From positions 32,001-96,000 of the forward strand of contig JBCBJQ010000007.1 in assembly GCA_038523235.1 (NCBI GenBank): a stretch of 64,000 nt of DNA. Reading direction: 5' to 3'. Below are positions 29,626 through 40,383 of the stretch, piece by piece. Within the stretch, counting starts at the first letter, position 1. The number at the start of each line of letters is the position of its first letter. The translations under genes and the position numbers were made by a program. Origin of the DNA: Cyanobacteria bacterium J06626_4 (GTDB lineage Bacteria; Cyanobacteriota; Cyanobacteriia; Phormidesmidales; Phormidesmidaceae). Under the pieces are notes generated by a model that saw only the letters and a program-made list of their open reading frames with translations, was not told the origin of the DNA and searched no databases.

Positions 29626-31314
29626 CTATACCGGCACAACGGGCCGCTCTGATGCAGGAAAGTACTCTGTAGCGTTATCCAAGTGTTTGAGCAAAGTGGC
29701 TTTGGGCAGCGGCCCTTGAATGTGATCCCAAGGCAGCACCTGATCGGGCTCCCAATTTTCGTGCACATAAAACGCTAGCGGCGGCAATTGTCCCTTCAGC
29801 TCTTTAAACGCACGTTTATAGCTGCCAAGAGAATCGCCAAACTCACGCGCCTGTAGCAGCAGCGGCGTTAGGCGGCGATCGCCCCGCGAAATCAACGCTT
29901 GAATGATCGACCAGTTATAGCTTTCGGGGCGAAAGTCGATGCCTTTGGGACGCAAACGCTTTTGCAGTAGTTTCAATCGCTTTTCGGCCTGGCGATTGAC
30001 GCCATACCACTGAAACGGCGTATGGGCCTTGGGCACAAACGTGCTGCAGCCCAGCGTCAAACGTAGCCCCGGTGCCACCTTTTTGAGTTGCAGCATCAGC
30101 TCAGCAGTGGTTTCCAGATCTTCCGGCACTTCCCCCGGAATGCCCGCCATGCCGTAGAGCTTCAGCGCACTCAATCCACCGGCTTTAGCATTCACGGCAG
30201 CGGCCAGAATGTCGTCGGTTTCGAGCTTTTTATTGACAATTTGGCGTACTCGCTCGGAGCCGCTTTCGATCGCGATCGTGATGGACTTAGTGCCGTGACG
30301 CGTCAGCGTTTCTGTGAGCTTGGGCTTGACCGTATTCGTTCTCACCGAGGCCAAGCTCAGCCGCACGTCATCGAATTGCGGCTGGTTGAGATAGTCGAGC
30401 AGTTCGTCAAAGTCGGGATGCTGCGTGACAGAAGCCCCCAGCAGTCCAAGCCGATTCGTCACGGCCACGCCTTTTTCCACTGCAGGGATCAGGCCTCCGG
30501 CCACAGGCGCAGTGCGAAATGGCAGGGTGAGATAGCTGGCCAGGCAAAAGCGACACATCTCTGGGCAGCTGCGCACGACCTCCACCATGTAGATGTTTTC
30601 CCAAGCCGCCTTTGCCGTCACGACGGAGGAAGCTGACAGGGTGTTGCCGCGATAGGTTTGCTTTTGCAGCACAGCAGGAATATCAGCAGCAATGGGCGAG
30701 ACTGCGATCAGGGGGCCGGTGGCGCTGGCATAGGTGGGCTCATAGAGTGAGGGCACATAAATGCCCGGCACTTGCGCCAGCTGTTTGAGTTGAGTGGCGC
30801 GATCGCAATCTCGCACCGTTTGATAGGCATCAATAAAGGCATCCAGCACTACCTCGCCATCGCCCAATAGCAGCACGTCAAAAAATGCCGCAAATGGTTC
30901 CGGGTTGGCCGTCAACACCGGCCCGCCGCCAAACACTAGCGGATGCTCATTGCTGCGATCGGTCGATTCAATGGGAATCTGCAACGATTCCAACATCGAC
31001 AAAATGTTGGCATAGTCGAGTTCCCACGACATCGAGAAGCCCAGCAGTTCAATAGGGCTCGGCAAAGATTCGTGGATATCGGTAAACCAGCGTGAGACCG
31101 CTAGATCAGAACGTTGTGCCAGCATCGCCCAAATGATCTGATAGCCCAAGCTGGTGATGCCCACGCTGTACTCATTCGGAAAGGCAAACACCACCGAGGT
31201 CGCCGTGCTGCTCGGGGTGGCGGGGGTGAATAGTAATCGTTCGGCATGAAAGGGCGCAGTCAAGGACGAGTATCTCCGTATTGGCAGGATGTCAGGGAAA
31301 TTGGCGTAAGGCAC
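29626..31314 (-). CDS. B12-binding-like radical SAM protein (start may be TTG 31263)
   Basis: CxxxCxxC 'CPEMCRFC'; 'FPNEYSVGITSLG', 'GGPVLTANPEP', 'FVPKAHTPFQW'. Confidence 0.9.
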   Translation of the reverse strand: MPYANFPDILPIRRYSSLTAPFHAERLLFTPATPSSTATSVVFAFPNEYSVGITSLGYQIIWAMLAQRSDLAVSRWFTDIHESLPSPIELLGFSMSWELDYANILSMLESLQIPIESTDRSNEHPLVFGGGPVLTANPEPFAAFFDVLLLGDGEVVLDAFIDAYQTVRDCDRATQLKQLAQVPGIYVPSLYEPTYASATGPLIAVSPIAADIPAVLQKQTYRGNTLSASSVVTAKAAWENIYMVEVVRSCPEMCRFCLASYLTLPFRTAPVAGGLIPAVEKGVAVTNRLGLLGASVTQHPDFDELLDYLNQPQFDDVRLSLASVRTNTVKPKLTETLTRHGTKSITIAIESGSERVRQIVNKKLETDDILAAAVNAKAGGLSALKLYGMAGIPGEVPEDLETTAELMLQLKKVAPGLRLTLGCSTFVPKAHTPFQWYGVNRQAEKRLKLLQKRLRPKGIDFRPESYNWSIIQALISRGDRRLTPLLLQAREFGDSLGSYKRAFKELKGQLPPLAFYVHENWEPDQVLPWDHIQGPLPKATLLKHLDNATEYFPASERPVVPV

Positions 31315-31705
31315 AGTCCTTTACAGCCTAGACCAATCTTCGGGAATCACGGAAAAACTGAGGGCGCTCATCGACCCGGTATTTGCCCCACCGGCCGACA
31401 CGGTGAATTGCTGTCAATCACGACACCTACGCTGATGCGATGAAACAGCGACGAAGCCGAACTGCGGCCCTCAGCCCGGCTGATTTGCGGACTTTACGGC
31501 TAACGGCTAACTTCTAGCTCTGGTCAAATGCACGGTTCCACTTCATTGGTGCTTTAACTAACATGACAAGGTATATACGTATCTGTCTCTGAACGGGTTT
31601 ACAGCGTCCGCACTGACTTCAGAGCCGGTGAATTTCACGTTTTTTCATACTTTATCAATACTTCAGGACTCTCTTGAGCGTGTCTGAAAAGGTAATCCTC
31701 AACTT

Positions 31706-32764
31706 ATGCAGCAGACCCCTAACAACGTGGTCGAACGACTACTTTTAGAAAAAACTGTGGTCGCGTCTCGCGACGAACTCATTCGGCAATCGCTCACTGC
31801 AGAGCAGCACAAGTGCCTCTCTGCCGAGGCGCGTCAGTGGCTTAAGCAAGGCGCGGCCCAGCAGCGCCAGGGCAATATGATGGCGGCCTTTGCCGACTTT
31901 CAAAAAGCCCTGCAGGCGTTTCAGACGTTGGCGCAGGTACGCTCTGAAGCCAAGGTGCTATCGGTAATGGCGCACCTCTGCTATAGCCTGGCAGATTATC
32001 TATGGGCGGTGGATTATGCTCGTCAAGGGCTGGAGTTGGCCCACCAGTTGTCGGACAAGACGCTCTTGCACCAAGCGCTGAGCTGTTTGGGCAACAGCTA
32101 TCGCCATCTCGGCGATTTAGAAAAGGCCCAAAATTGCATGTCTCAGAGCTTAAGCCTCGCCCAGGAAATGGGGGATATCGAGGCCGAAATGCGCTCTTTG
32201 GGAAATCTCGCACTGATCCATCGAGTGTCTGGCGAGTCTGAAAAGGCCGTCGTGCTTTACGAGCGCAGCTTGCAATTGGCCGAAACCCAAGACGACACGG
32301 CAACGCTAGAGCACATCTTGAGAAACTTGGGCAACGCTTATCATGCGCTGGGGGACTCACAGAAGACGATTGTCTACTATGATCGCCTGCTCCGACTCTC
32401 CCGCGATCGCATGGAAATCGTCGTGGTTAATAAAATCCTTCGCAATCTCCACAGTGCCTGCTACGCGATCGGTGATTACAGCCGAGCGGTGGTTTATTTA
32501 CAAGAGCGGCTACAGCTCGTGCGGCGTTTACAAGACCTCAGGGGTGAAGCGCAAACCCTAGAAAGTCTTGCCATTAATTACGATATCTTAGGCGAAGTCA
32601 GCAAGGCGCTGCAGGCACGAGAAGATCGACTAAAAGCAACGATGAAACTGCAAGATCCGCAGCTCCAGCGCCAAGCCCTATCGAGTCTTAAGGTGGCCTG
32701 CATTGCGCAAGGCGATTTTGAACGCGTCAAGCGCTATCTCGACTATCTGACGGAATCGATTTAG
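31706..32764 (+). CDS. Tetratricopeptide repeat protein
   Basis: Repeated 'L.NLGNAY..LGD..KA..YY...L.L' units of about 40 aa. Confidence 0.9.
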   Translation: MQQTPNNVVERLLLEKTVVASRDELIRQSLTAEQHKCLSAEARQWLKQGAAQQRQGNMMAAFADFQKALQAFQTLAQVRSEAKVLSVMAHLCYSLADYLWAVDYARQGLELAHQLSDKTLLHQALSCLGNSYRHLGDLEKAQNCMSQSLSLAQEMGDIEAEMRSLGNLALIHRVSGESEKAVVLYERSLQLAETQDDTATLEHILRNLGNAYHALGDSQKTIVYYDRLLRLSRDRMEIVVVNKILRNLHSACYAIGDYSRAVVYLQERLQLVRRLQDLRGEAQTLESLAINYDILGEVSKALQAREDRLKATMKLQDPQLQRQALSSLKVACIAQGDFERVKRYLDYLTESI

Positions 32765-33310
32765 CAGCTTTCCCAGCATTGATGTGCCTGGCATCGCTCG
32801 ACCGAGCGTTGATGACAGCCGCCAGCACGACCGGGCAAAACGCTGCTCTGTTGGGCCAAATCGGCATGGTCTAATAGCGACTCTCTCAGCAGACGACACA
32901 TGCTCCCCCACGGCTTACCGACATTGCTCAGATAGTGGGAGTCCAACCACTGAGAACCCTGAGAATTAGCCTGACCCAGCCCCTGAGACTGATCGCTAGA
33001 GGGGTCGGAAACTGGGACCGCAGGAATCCGTAAATCTAGGTAATGTCATTCAAAATTTGGGTAAACCTAATCGCTATTGACAGGGTGAACTTCTCAGCAC
33101 CACTGGGTATCCTCTGTTAGCATACGCTTGTCTAAAGGTTCATCGGTTGGAGCAATCTGACCTCAGACATCATACGGCTAACAGTTGCATGTCTGCCGAG
33201 TCTCCATGATGTGCCAGCGGGGTGTAAGCCCCGTCAACAGACAAGAAGCCCCAGGCGTGCTGTCTTTAAATTAAGCCAAGTCGTATTTTTAAGTTCAAAG
33301 AGGATGCCTT

Positions 33311-34474
33311 ATGAAAGCCATGGTTCTGGCCGCTGGTAAGGGGACTCGGGTTCGGCCGATCACCTACACCATTCCGAAGCCGATGATCCCCATTCTGCAA
33401 AAACCCGTGATGGAGTTTTTGCTGGACTTACTCAAACATCATGGCTTTGACCAGATCATGGTGAATGTAAGTCACCTGGCCAATGAGATTGAGGGTTATT
33501 TTCGCGATGGTCAGCGCTTTGGCGTTGAGCTAGCCTATTCCTTTGAAGGCCGCATTGAAGACGGTCAGCTAGTCGGCGATGCGCTCGGCTCGGCTGGCGG
33601 CATGAAAAAAATTCAAGAATTCTCGCCGTTTTTTGACGACACGTTTGTCGTGCTGTGTGGTGACGCCCTCATCGACCTCGACCTCACCGAAGCCGTTCGT
33701 CAACACAAGGCTAAAGGGGCGATCGCCACAGTGGTGATGAAGTCTGTGCCCCTGAAACAGGTACCCAGCTATGGCGTGGTGGTGACCGATGACGACGGGC
33801 GAATCAAATCTTTCCAAGAGAAACCCAAGGTTGAAGAGGCACTGAGTACTGATATCAACACGGGCATCTATATTTTTGAGCCCGAGATTTTCAACTACAT
33901 TCCCGCGGGTATGGAGTATGACATTGGGGGCGATTTATTCCCGAAGCTGGTGGCTGCAGATGCACCGTTCTATGGCATTCGGATGGACTTCGAGTGGGTT
34001 GATATTGGTAAGGTGCCGGACTATTGGCAGGCGATTCAAGATGTCATGACCGGTCAAGTGAAGCTGGTTGACATCCCTGGTGAAGAGGTCAAACCCGGCA
34101 TCTTTACCGGCTTAAACGTCAAGGTCAATTGGGACAAAGTAGATATTCAAGGGCCGGTGTATATCGGCGCGCGCGCCCACATTGAAGATGGCGCTAAAAT
34201 CGTTGGTCCCACGATGATTGGGCCTAACTGCTTGATCTGCAGCAATGCCATTGTCGATCGCAGCGTCATTTTCGAATATTCGCGGATTGGCTCCGGCGTG
34301 CGCCTAGTCGATAAGCTCGTGTTTGGTCGCTATTGTGTAGACAAAACCGGGGCCTCGATTGACATGCAGCAGGCGGCATTGAACTGGCTGATCACTGACA
34401 TTCGTCAAGCCGAATTGGCGAAACCGCCAATTGAGCATCATGAAATTGCTGAACTCATGGGCCAGCAGCTCTAG
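33311..34474 (+). CDS. cugP: Cyanobacterial UTP-glucose-1-phosphate uridylyltransferase CugP (NDP-sugar synthase)
   Basis: 'MKAMVLAAGKGTRVRPITYTIPKPMIPILQKPVMEFL', 'FQEKP', C-terminal beta-helix. Confidence 0.88.
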   Translation: MKAMVLAAGKGTRVRPITYTIPKPMIPILQKPVMEFLLDLLKHHGFDQIMVNVSHLANEIEGYFRDGQRFGVELAYSFEGRIEDGQLVGDALGSAGGMKKIQEFSPFFDDTFVVLCGDALIDLDLTEAVRQHKAKGAIATVVMKSVPLKQVPSYGVVVTDDDGRIKSFQEKPKVEEALSTDINTGIYIFEPEIFNYIPAGMEYDIGGDLFPKLVAADAPFYGIRMDFEWVDIGKVPDYWQAIQDVMTGQVKLVDIPGEEVKPGIFTGLNVKVNWDKVDIQGPVYIGARAHIEDGAKIVGPTMIGPNCLICSNAIVDRSVIFEYSRIGSGVRLVDKLVFGRYCVDKTGASIDMQQAALNWLITDIRQAELAKPPIEHHEIAELMGQQL

Positions 34475-34601
34475 AGGCTGTCATCATTTAGCGGCTGAGT
34501 CTTTATGCTGAAAGCGGTTCAGCCTCTAGCTAGTTTTACGGGGCGGGCGCGATAATGCCCATATCGTAAGGCTTTCGAGTTTAATTGATGACGCGCCCTA
34601 G
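34471..34601. mobile_element. 131-bp CTAG-flanked MITE-like element
   Basis: CTAGAGGCTGTCATCATTTA ... TAATTGATGACGCGCCCTAG (15/20 inverted match). Confidence 0.6.
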
Positions 34602-34665
34602 GGTCGTTCGGCAAACCATGGATCGCTTATTGCCAAGTTAACCCACAACTTTCTCTGAATCCCTG

Positions 34666-34695
34666 AGGGGACGCGCTCCATCGTGTCCCCTTTTT
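34666..34695 (+). terminator. Intrinsic terminator downstream of cugP
   Basis: AGGGGACGCG-ctccat-CGTGTCCCCT followed by TTTT. Confidence 0.7.
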
Positions 34696-34866
34696 ATTGG
34701 TCACATTGTTCTGAACTAAAGAAAATCTTCCAGTCTGGGGGCAATGTTGGGGCTGAGCGCGCGACGTCAATCGATTATCTTAGGGGGGTTCTACATGACC
34801 GGAGTTGTGTAGACGAGGGGGCCGTTTCAATGATTTCAGCGATCGCCGTTTGAGGAGATAAATACC

Positions 34867-35199
34867 ATGGCCGATACCGCTACATACGTTACGCTGACCG
34901 ATGAAAATTTTGCCGGTGAAGTTCTTCAAAGTGATGTGCCAGTCGTCGTCGATTTTTGGGCGGCGTGGTGCGGCCCTTGCAAACTGATGAATCCGATTAT
35001 TGATGGATTGGCAGCGGATTTTGCCGGCAAGGCCAAATTAGCCAAGATCAATATTGACGATCATGAGGAACTCGCCAGTCAGTATCACATTATGGGTGTG
35101 CCGACCCTGCTCTTCTTTAAAGATGGCAATCTGGTCGAGCGCACTGAAGGCGTTCTGGCTCAAGGCGCGATCGCGGACAAAATTAATACCTTGCTTTAG
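34867..35199 (+). CDS. trxA: Thioredoxin
   Basis: 'VVVDFWAAWCGPC', cis-Pro 'GVPTL'; GAGGAG RBS. Confidence 0.93.
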   Translation: MADTATYVTLTDENFAGEVLQSDVPVVVDFWAAWCGPCKLMNPIIDGLAADFAGKAKLAKINIDDHEELASQYHIMGVPTLLFFKDGNLVERTEGVLAQGAIADKINTLL

Positions 35200-35632
35200 A
35201 GCAAGTCATCCCAATTGTGGCCCAACGCTTGGCCGTCAGGCCTGACGGCACACACACCATTAACTAGGGTGTGAACGTGGGGCGCTGCCAGCCAACCGCA
35301 TCAAACCAGTGCCCGATCCCCACAGCCATCAATCGCCGATGAGCCAGTGCTGACATTGCTACCTGGTTTTACCGGTCAAGACCACTGTCGGCCTGTAGGG
35401 AACAAGGGAGCCATCGTGTCATGTCTGCAAGCATGACTGACCGCGATATCTTTCCCCTGTCGAATGGCCAACAACTCGTCATGCTGTTAAAAGCACCAGG
35501 GTCGCCTGATACCGATTCTCTTCAACCAGACTATCGCTCTGGCTCTCCAGCCTACGGGCTGCTTGATGTTGCCTAGATGACCTTGGGTGAGCATTTTGAC
35601 CGCAGTCGCCAGTGCGGCCAAGCCAGGGCTAC

Positions 35633-35702
35633 GGCCACTTTGCTCAGGCGCTAAGCAATAAAGTACTCCTAAGGGGTTCTCAATAAAGTGGCCAGCGCGA
35701 TA
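35633..35702 (+). repeat. About 70-bp palindromic dispersed repeat, copy A
   Basis: GGCCACTTT...AAAGTGGCCAGCGCGATA; homologous to 37544-37611 and 46023-46091. Confidence 0.75.
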
Positions 35703-35746
35703 GTTCACCATCAAGTGGGTTCATTGACTCAGGGCGAGTAGGGTAC

Positions 35747-37381
35747 ATGGCAGTAGGGCGAGGAGACGATTTGGGCAGGGTGACCGAGACCGGTGGCCCG
35801 GTGCATCGACCAGCAGGGAAGCACTGGCGGCGCTGGGGGCGATCGCTGAGTCGGCTCATGGTGATCGTGATGGTGTGGCTAGCTATCGTGCTGCCCGGAG
35901 CAGCGCAATTTCCGTCGTTAGACACAGCCCCTATCGTGTTAGATGGTCGCCCACTGTTTGAAATTGCCTCAACGAATCAAATCGAAGCCGGTGAACGCGC
36001 TGAGGCCATCAGCGCCGCCTTAGAAGAACAGGTCACCTCCAACGATGAACTGACGGTGACGCTCGAAATTCGCAACAAAGCGTCCGTGATTGTGGTGAAC
36101 GACCGCTACCTGATGACGGTCACCCAAGAAGATGCCCGCCTGAATAGCGCTCCTTCACCACGGTCACAGGCCCAACAGTGGACTGAGGTACTCAATCGCG
36201 AGTTGGCCACGGCGCAAGAAGAGCGCAGCCACTCAGTCCTCCGGGAGCGCGTCATCATCGCCCTCGGGATTTTACTGTTGGTGCTGGTGATCGATCGGGT
36301 CACCGGGGCCCTCTGGCGGCGATCGCTGCGACCGATGCTGACCACCGTCACGACGCCCCATGACGATGGCCATACGCCGCCTGCAGGGCTCAACCTGCTG
36401 CTATCACTCTTACTGAGTGTGATTCGCTTTGCCCTCTGGTTTGGCACCATTACTTACATCACAACGCTGTTTCCGTTTACGCGCCGCTGGAGCTATTTTT
36501 TGCGGCGACAGGCTCTAGTCGGTTTTATCGAGCCCAATTTACGCCTGGGGCAAAATGAGTTTTCCATCGCTAGCCTGTTGATCTTGCTAGGGCTGTTGCT
36601 GGCGCTCGTCGTCGTCTCTGGGATTGTCACTAACTTTTTGCGATCGCGGGTGCTGCGGCTCACAGGTATCGATCGCGGATCACGTGAAGCGCTCTCGGTG
36701 CTGATCAAGTACACCCTGATTTTTGTGGGAGCTGTTGTGCTGCTGCAAATTTGGGGCCTTGACCTGAGTTCACTAGCATTGATTGCCAGCGCCCTCGGCG
36801 TGGGGATTGGCTTAGGCTTGCAAAACATTGCGAAGGACTTTGGCAGCGGCCTAATTTTGATCTTTGAGCGTCCGATTTTAGTGGGGGATTTTGTCTCATT
36901 TGGCGAATTTCAGGGCACGGTTGAACGGATTGGGGGCAGAAGCACGGAAATCAAGACCCTCGACCAAATTTCGATTATTGTGCCGAACTCGCGCTTTTTA
37001 GAGCAAGAGGTAATCAACTGGAGCCACCGCAATCCCGTCTCGCGGATTCGCCTACCGGTTGGCGTGGCTTATCACTCTGATCCCAAAGTGGTAAAAGAGA
37101 TTTTGATTGAGGTGTCTTATCACAATGCGCAGGTGCTCTCAAAACCGCCGCCGCTGGTTTTCTTTAAAGGGTTTGGCGACAGCGCCCTAGAGTTTGAACT
37201 GCTGGTGTGGATCGCTGATCCGCCCAAGCAATTGCTGATTATGAGCGATCTCTATTTTGCGATCGAGGCAGCGCTGCGGCAGCACGATATTGAGATTCCC
37301 TTTCCGCAGCGAGATTTGCACATTCGCAGCGGTCAACTGCCGGTCGATCTCCGCGCTGATGCTCAAGCAGAGTCATCTTAG
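35747..37381 (+). CDS. MscS-family mechanosensitive channel with N-terminal periplasmic domain
   Basis: 'ALGVGIGLGLQNI..DF.SGLI.IFERPI.VGD', 'IIVPNS', 'GFGDSAL.FEL', 'IEIPFPQRDLH'. Confidence 0.92.
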   Translation: MAVGRGDDLGRVTETGGPVHRPAGKHWRRWGRSLSRLMVIVMVWLAIVLPGAAQFPSLDTAPIVLDGRPLFEIASTNQIEAGERAEAISAALEEQVTSNDELTVTLEIRNKASVIVVNDRYLMTVTQEDARLNSAPSPRSQAQQWTEVLNRELATAQEERSHSVLRERVIIALGILLLVLVIDRVTGALWRRSLRPMLTTVTTPHDDGHTPPAGLNLLLSLLLSVIRFALWFGTITYITTLFPFTRRWSYFLRRQALVGFIEPNLRLGQNEFSIASLLILLGLLLALVVVSGIVTNFLRSRVLRLTGIDRGSREALSVLIKYTLIFVGAVVLLQIWGLDLSSLALIASALGVGIGLGLQNIAKDFGSGLILIFERPILVGDFVSFGEFQGTVERIGGRSTEIKTLDQISIIVPNSRFLEQEVINWSHRNPVSRIRLPVGVAYHSDPKVVKEILIEVSYHNAQVLSKPPPLVFFKGFGDSALEFELLVWIADPPKQLLIMSDLYFAIEAALRQHDIEIPFPQRDLHIRSGQLPVDLRADAQAESS

Positions 37382-37543
37382 AAGCGCCAGTTCGAGTTAA
37401 GCCAAACCCCGTTTCTTCCCAGAGGAGATGGTCGCCGCAACAAACTGGCAAGCGTGCCTGATGCCCTGATCCCGAACTCAGGTTAGAAACATTGTCCAGC
37501 AACGCGTTCTATCAATCGCCGGTCTGGCAAAACTAGACAGCGG

Positions 37544-37611
37544 AGTCATTTGCTGAGGACACCGGCGAGCGCTCTAATCCCTAGCGCTTCAGCAAAGTGG
37601 CCAGCGCGATA
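37544..37611 (-). repeat. About 70-bp palindromic dispersed repeat, copy C (inverted)
   Basis: Reverse complement aligns with copy B over its whole length. Confidence 0.7.
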
Positions 37612-37627
37612 TGCTGGCCGCTTTGCC

Positions 37628-39913
37628 TTAAATCGCCAAGTTAATATCGATGGGCAAAGTAATATTAAAGGCCGTTTGAGAAGATCTGCTGGTAACTGCG
37701 ATTTGCCCGCCGATGTGCCACAGTAGCTTTTGCACCAAAGCTAGGCCCAGTCCCGTCCCCCCCTGTTTCCAAGGATCAGAACTAGGCACTCGATAAAACT
37801 TGTCGAAAATGCGCGGCAGCTCTGCCTCTGGAATTTCGACCCCAGAGTTGGCGATAGTCACTAGCAATTGGTCGTTGGATTGAGCGATCGCTGATACAGA
37901 AATTGTTTCGCCGGGGGGGGTGTATTTGCAGGCGTTGTTCAGCAGCTCAGCAAAAACCCGCTCCAAACTGGCCTGATCACTGATGATATGGGGCAACTCG
38001 TCAGGCAGCACGATGGAAAGTGCCTGCTCACGGCTTTGGGCGCGTTCATAAAAGCCATTAGCGATGCCGGTGAGCCAGCTTTGCAGATTGATGCGCTGCG
38101 GGGTGATGGGGTGGTTGCCGCCATCTAGCCGCTGCAAATCTAAGAGATCGTTGATGAGACTGATTTCTCGCTCACACTCTTCCTTCAAAACCACGTAGTA
38201 GCGAGCCACTCGATTTTGGCTGGTTTTCGGTTTTTGCAGCTCTTCGTTCAGGCCCAGCTCTTGATTGAGGGTGACCCCCAGCAGCTGCAGCGCGACTCGC
38301 ATGCTGGTCACAGGGGTGCGCAGCTCGTGGGAAACTGTGCTCAAAAAGTCGTCTTTGAGCTGGTTGAGCCGCTCTAACTCTTTGACTTGAGCTTGCGCCG
38401 CTTGATACAACCGGGCTTGCCGAATAGCGATCGCACACTGATTAGCCACCTGCTGCACCAGCCGAATTTCCTGTTCGGCAAAGCCATAGTCTTTTTCATT
38501 AATCAGCCAGAGATCGCCCAACACGCCGCGATCGTCGCGGATCGGGCAGGCAAACATCGCCACATGCCCCCGCACCGGATTGGGTTCCTTCGAGCAAAAT
38601 TGAAAATACTGGCCGTTTAACAACTGGTGATAGACCTCAGGAAAGGCCTCCATCTGAGCCACTCGGCCCTGATAGGGCGGCAGCGATTCATTGTATTCGT
38701 AGTAAATCGTTGAGGTGCCCTGCTCTAAATCATAGAGGGCCGTATTCGAGCCCTTGGCCCCCAGGACCCCGGTCAATTCTTCGACCGCCGTTTGCAAAAT
38801 TTGCGATTCATCTAAGCTGTCGCGGACGCGGTCGGCAATGAGTTTCAGCGTGGCCTCAAAATCTAACGCCTGCCGCAGCTGTCGGGTGCGCTGCTCCACC
38901 TGGGTTTCTAACTCGGCGTTGAGCTGTCGGACTTGGGCGTAGAGATCGGCTTGGGCGATCGCCCGCCCCACCTGAGTGGCTACATCCTGCAGCGACTCGA
39001 TCTCCCATTGCATCCACGGCCGCGGATGACGACAGTCATGCACACAAATTAGCCCCAACAGCGTGTCGCCCTGAACAGCGGGAATGGTGATCTGCGACTG
39101 GACGTTGACGGCCTTGAGATAAACGCGCTGGGCTTCAGGCAAATCAGAGTTCTCGACGTCTTCAACTGCGCTGAACTGGCCTTGCTGATATTGCTCCAAT
39201 TCGGCGGGGTCAAAGCAGGTCTCGTCGAGCAACAGCTCTTTGAGCGAGTTCTGATCGGGCACAACGGCTTCGGCCACGACCCCTAATTGATCAGGACGCA
39301 AGCTATAAAACAGCACCCGATCCGCTTCTAAAAACCGCCGCAACTCTTCCATACTGCGCTCTAGCAAGTTAGCCGGACGCATGGAATGCAGCAGGTGCTT
39401 AGCGATCGCGCCCAACAGTCGTTCTCGCCGTGACTCTTGCTGAAGGCGCTGCTCGGTCTCAACGCGCTGGGTGATGTCTCGTAGGATGTGAGTTAGAAAG
39501 GGTGACTGATTTTGGTCAGTCCACAAGCTAATCTTGACCGCCAAAATGCGCACTTCATCTTGTCCGTTGCGCAGCGCAATCTCCCGCTCTTGCACGGCCT
39601 GGGTTGCTAAAGCTCGCTGCTGCAGCCCTCGGAGAATGTCTAACCCCGAACTGGTCAGCAGATCAGGCTTTTGTTGACCTAACAGAATCCCTGAGGGATA
39701 GCCCAGCAGATCGCAGCAGGCCGCGTTGACATAGACCCAATCGTCTTTGGCATCGGTGATAAAAACCGGGTCAGCGATCGCGTCAAGAACAGTCGACGTA
39801 GCGGTTAAGGTATCAGTCACTTGCCTACGGGGAGAGAGCAGTTTTACGGTCAGAAAATTCGAGAGCCAGACCTGATGAGGGACGTAAATAGACAATATAT
39901 TCCAGAGAATCAC
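37628..39913 (-). CDS. PAS-GAF-GAF sensor histidine kinase (start may be GTG 39820)
   Basis: PAS 'DPVFITD...YVNAA'; GAF 'ADRVLFY'; H-box 'VSHELRTP'; 'ELLNNACKYT', 'RIFDKFYR', 'GGTGLGL'. Confidence 0.93.
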   Translation of the reverse strand: MILWNILSIYVPHQVWLSNFLTVKLLSPRRQVTDTLTATSTVLDAIADPVFITDAKDDWVYVNAACCDLLGYPSGILLGQQKPDLLTSSGLDILRGLQQRALATQAVQEREIALRNGQDEVRILAVKISLWTDQNQSPFLTHILRDITQRVETEQRLQQESRRERLLGAIAKHLLHSMRPANLLERSMEELRRFLEADRVLFYSLRPDQLGVVAEAVVPDQNSLKELLLDETCFDPAELEQYQQGQFSAVEDVENSDLPEAQRVYLKAVNVQSQITIPAVQGDTLLGLICVHDCRHPRPWMQWEIESLQDVATQVGRAIAQADLYAQVRQLNAELETQVEQRTRQLRQALDFEATLKLIADRVRDSLDESQILQTAVEELTGVLGAKGSNTALYDLEQGTSTIYYEYNESLPPYQGRVAQMEAFPEVYHQLLNGQYFQFCSKEPNPVRGHVAMFACPIRDDRGVLGDLWLINEKDYGFAEQEIRLVQQVANQCAIAIRQARLYQAAQAQVKELERLNQLKDDFLSTVSHELRTPVTSMRVALQLLGVTLNQELGLNEELQKPKTSQNRVARYYVVLKEECEREISLINDLLDLQRLDGGNHPITPQRINLQSWLTGIANGFYERAQSREQALSIVLPDELPHIISDQASLERVFAELLNNACKYTPPGETISVSAIAQSNDQLLVTIANSGVEIPEAELPRIFDKFYRVPSSDPWKQGGTGLGLALVQKLLWHIGGQIAVTSRSSQTAFNITLPIDINLAI

Positions 39914-40294
39914 CTTCTCAGGAACAGAGCGTTAGTGCCGCCTAAGGACTTCGGCAGGCCGGGCCAGCAGGGGCCTCACCGTCACAGTTAGGCGGCCTAA
40001 AACTATCCAACAAGGGGGGCTAGGGGCGTTCATGCCGTTGCACCAAGGCTGGCGAAGGGGGCTGGGGATTGAGCAAGGATACGGTCAAGCAACCAACATC
40101 ACGCCAAGATTATTAGAGACAATCGATTTACGTATAACTACGGAAAATTGGCCCGTATTGGCTCCAGGGCTTCACAATACCTGAGTGATCCTTACCAAAA
40201 CCACACATACACTATTCCCCGAATTTTTCAGAAATGCGCACTTACTCGAGGGGGAACAGACCAAGATCCGTGTAATTGATGCCGACAGTATTCC

Positions 40295-40378
40295 AAAAAA
40301 AAGGTGCCTCCGAAGAAGCACCTAGACCTTTGTTGAGAGGAGAACAGGAATACCCATCGGTATAACGCTCTACGTTGA
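40295..40378 (-). ncRNA. isaR1: IsaR1-like iron-stress sRNA
   Basis: Minus strand has TGTTCTCCTCTCAA (40346-40333), then AGGTGCTTC-TTCG-GAGGCACCT and a U-run; promoter and Fur-like box upstream. Confidence 0.72.
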
Positions 40379-40383
40379 CCCCT

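Noticed and set aside
31330..31450. Cobalamin riboswitch next to the radical SAM gene
   Set aside because: Only a GGGAA fragment is present; the B12-box and conserved stems are absent.
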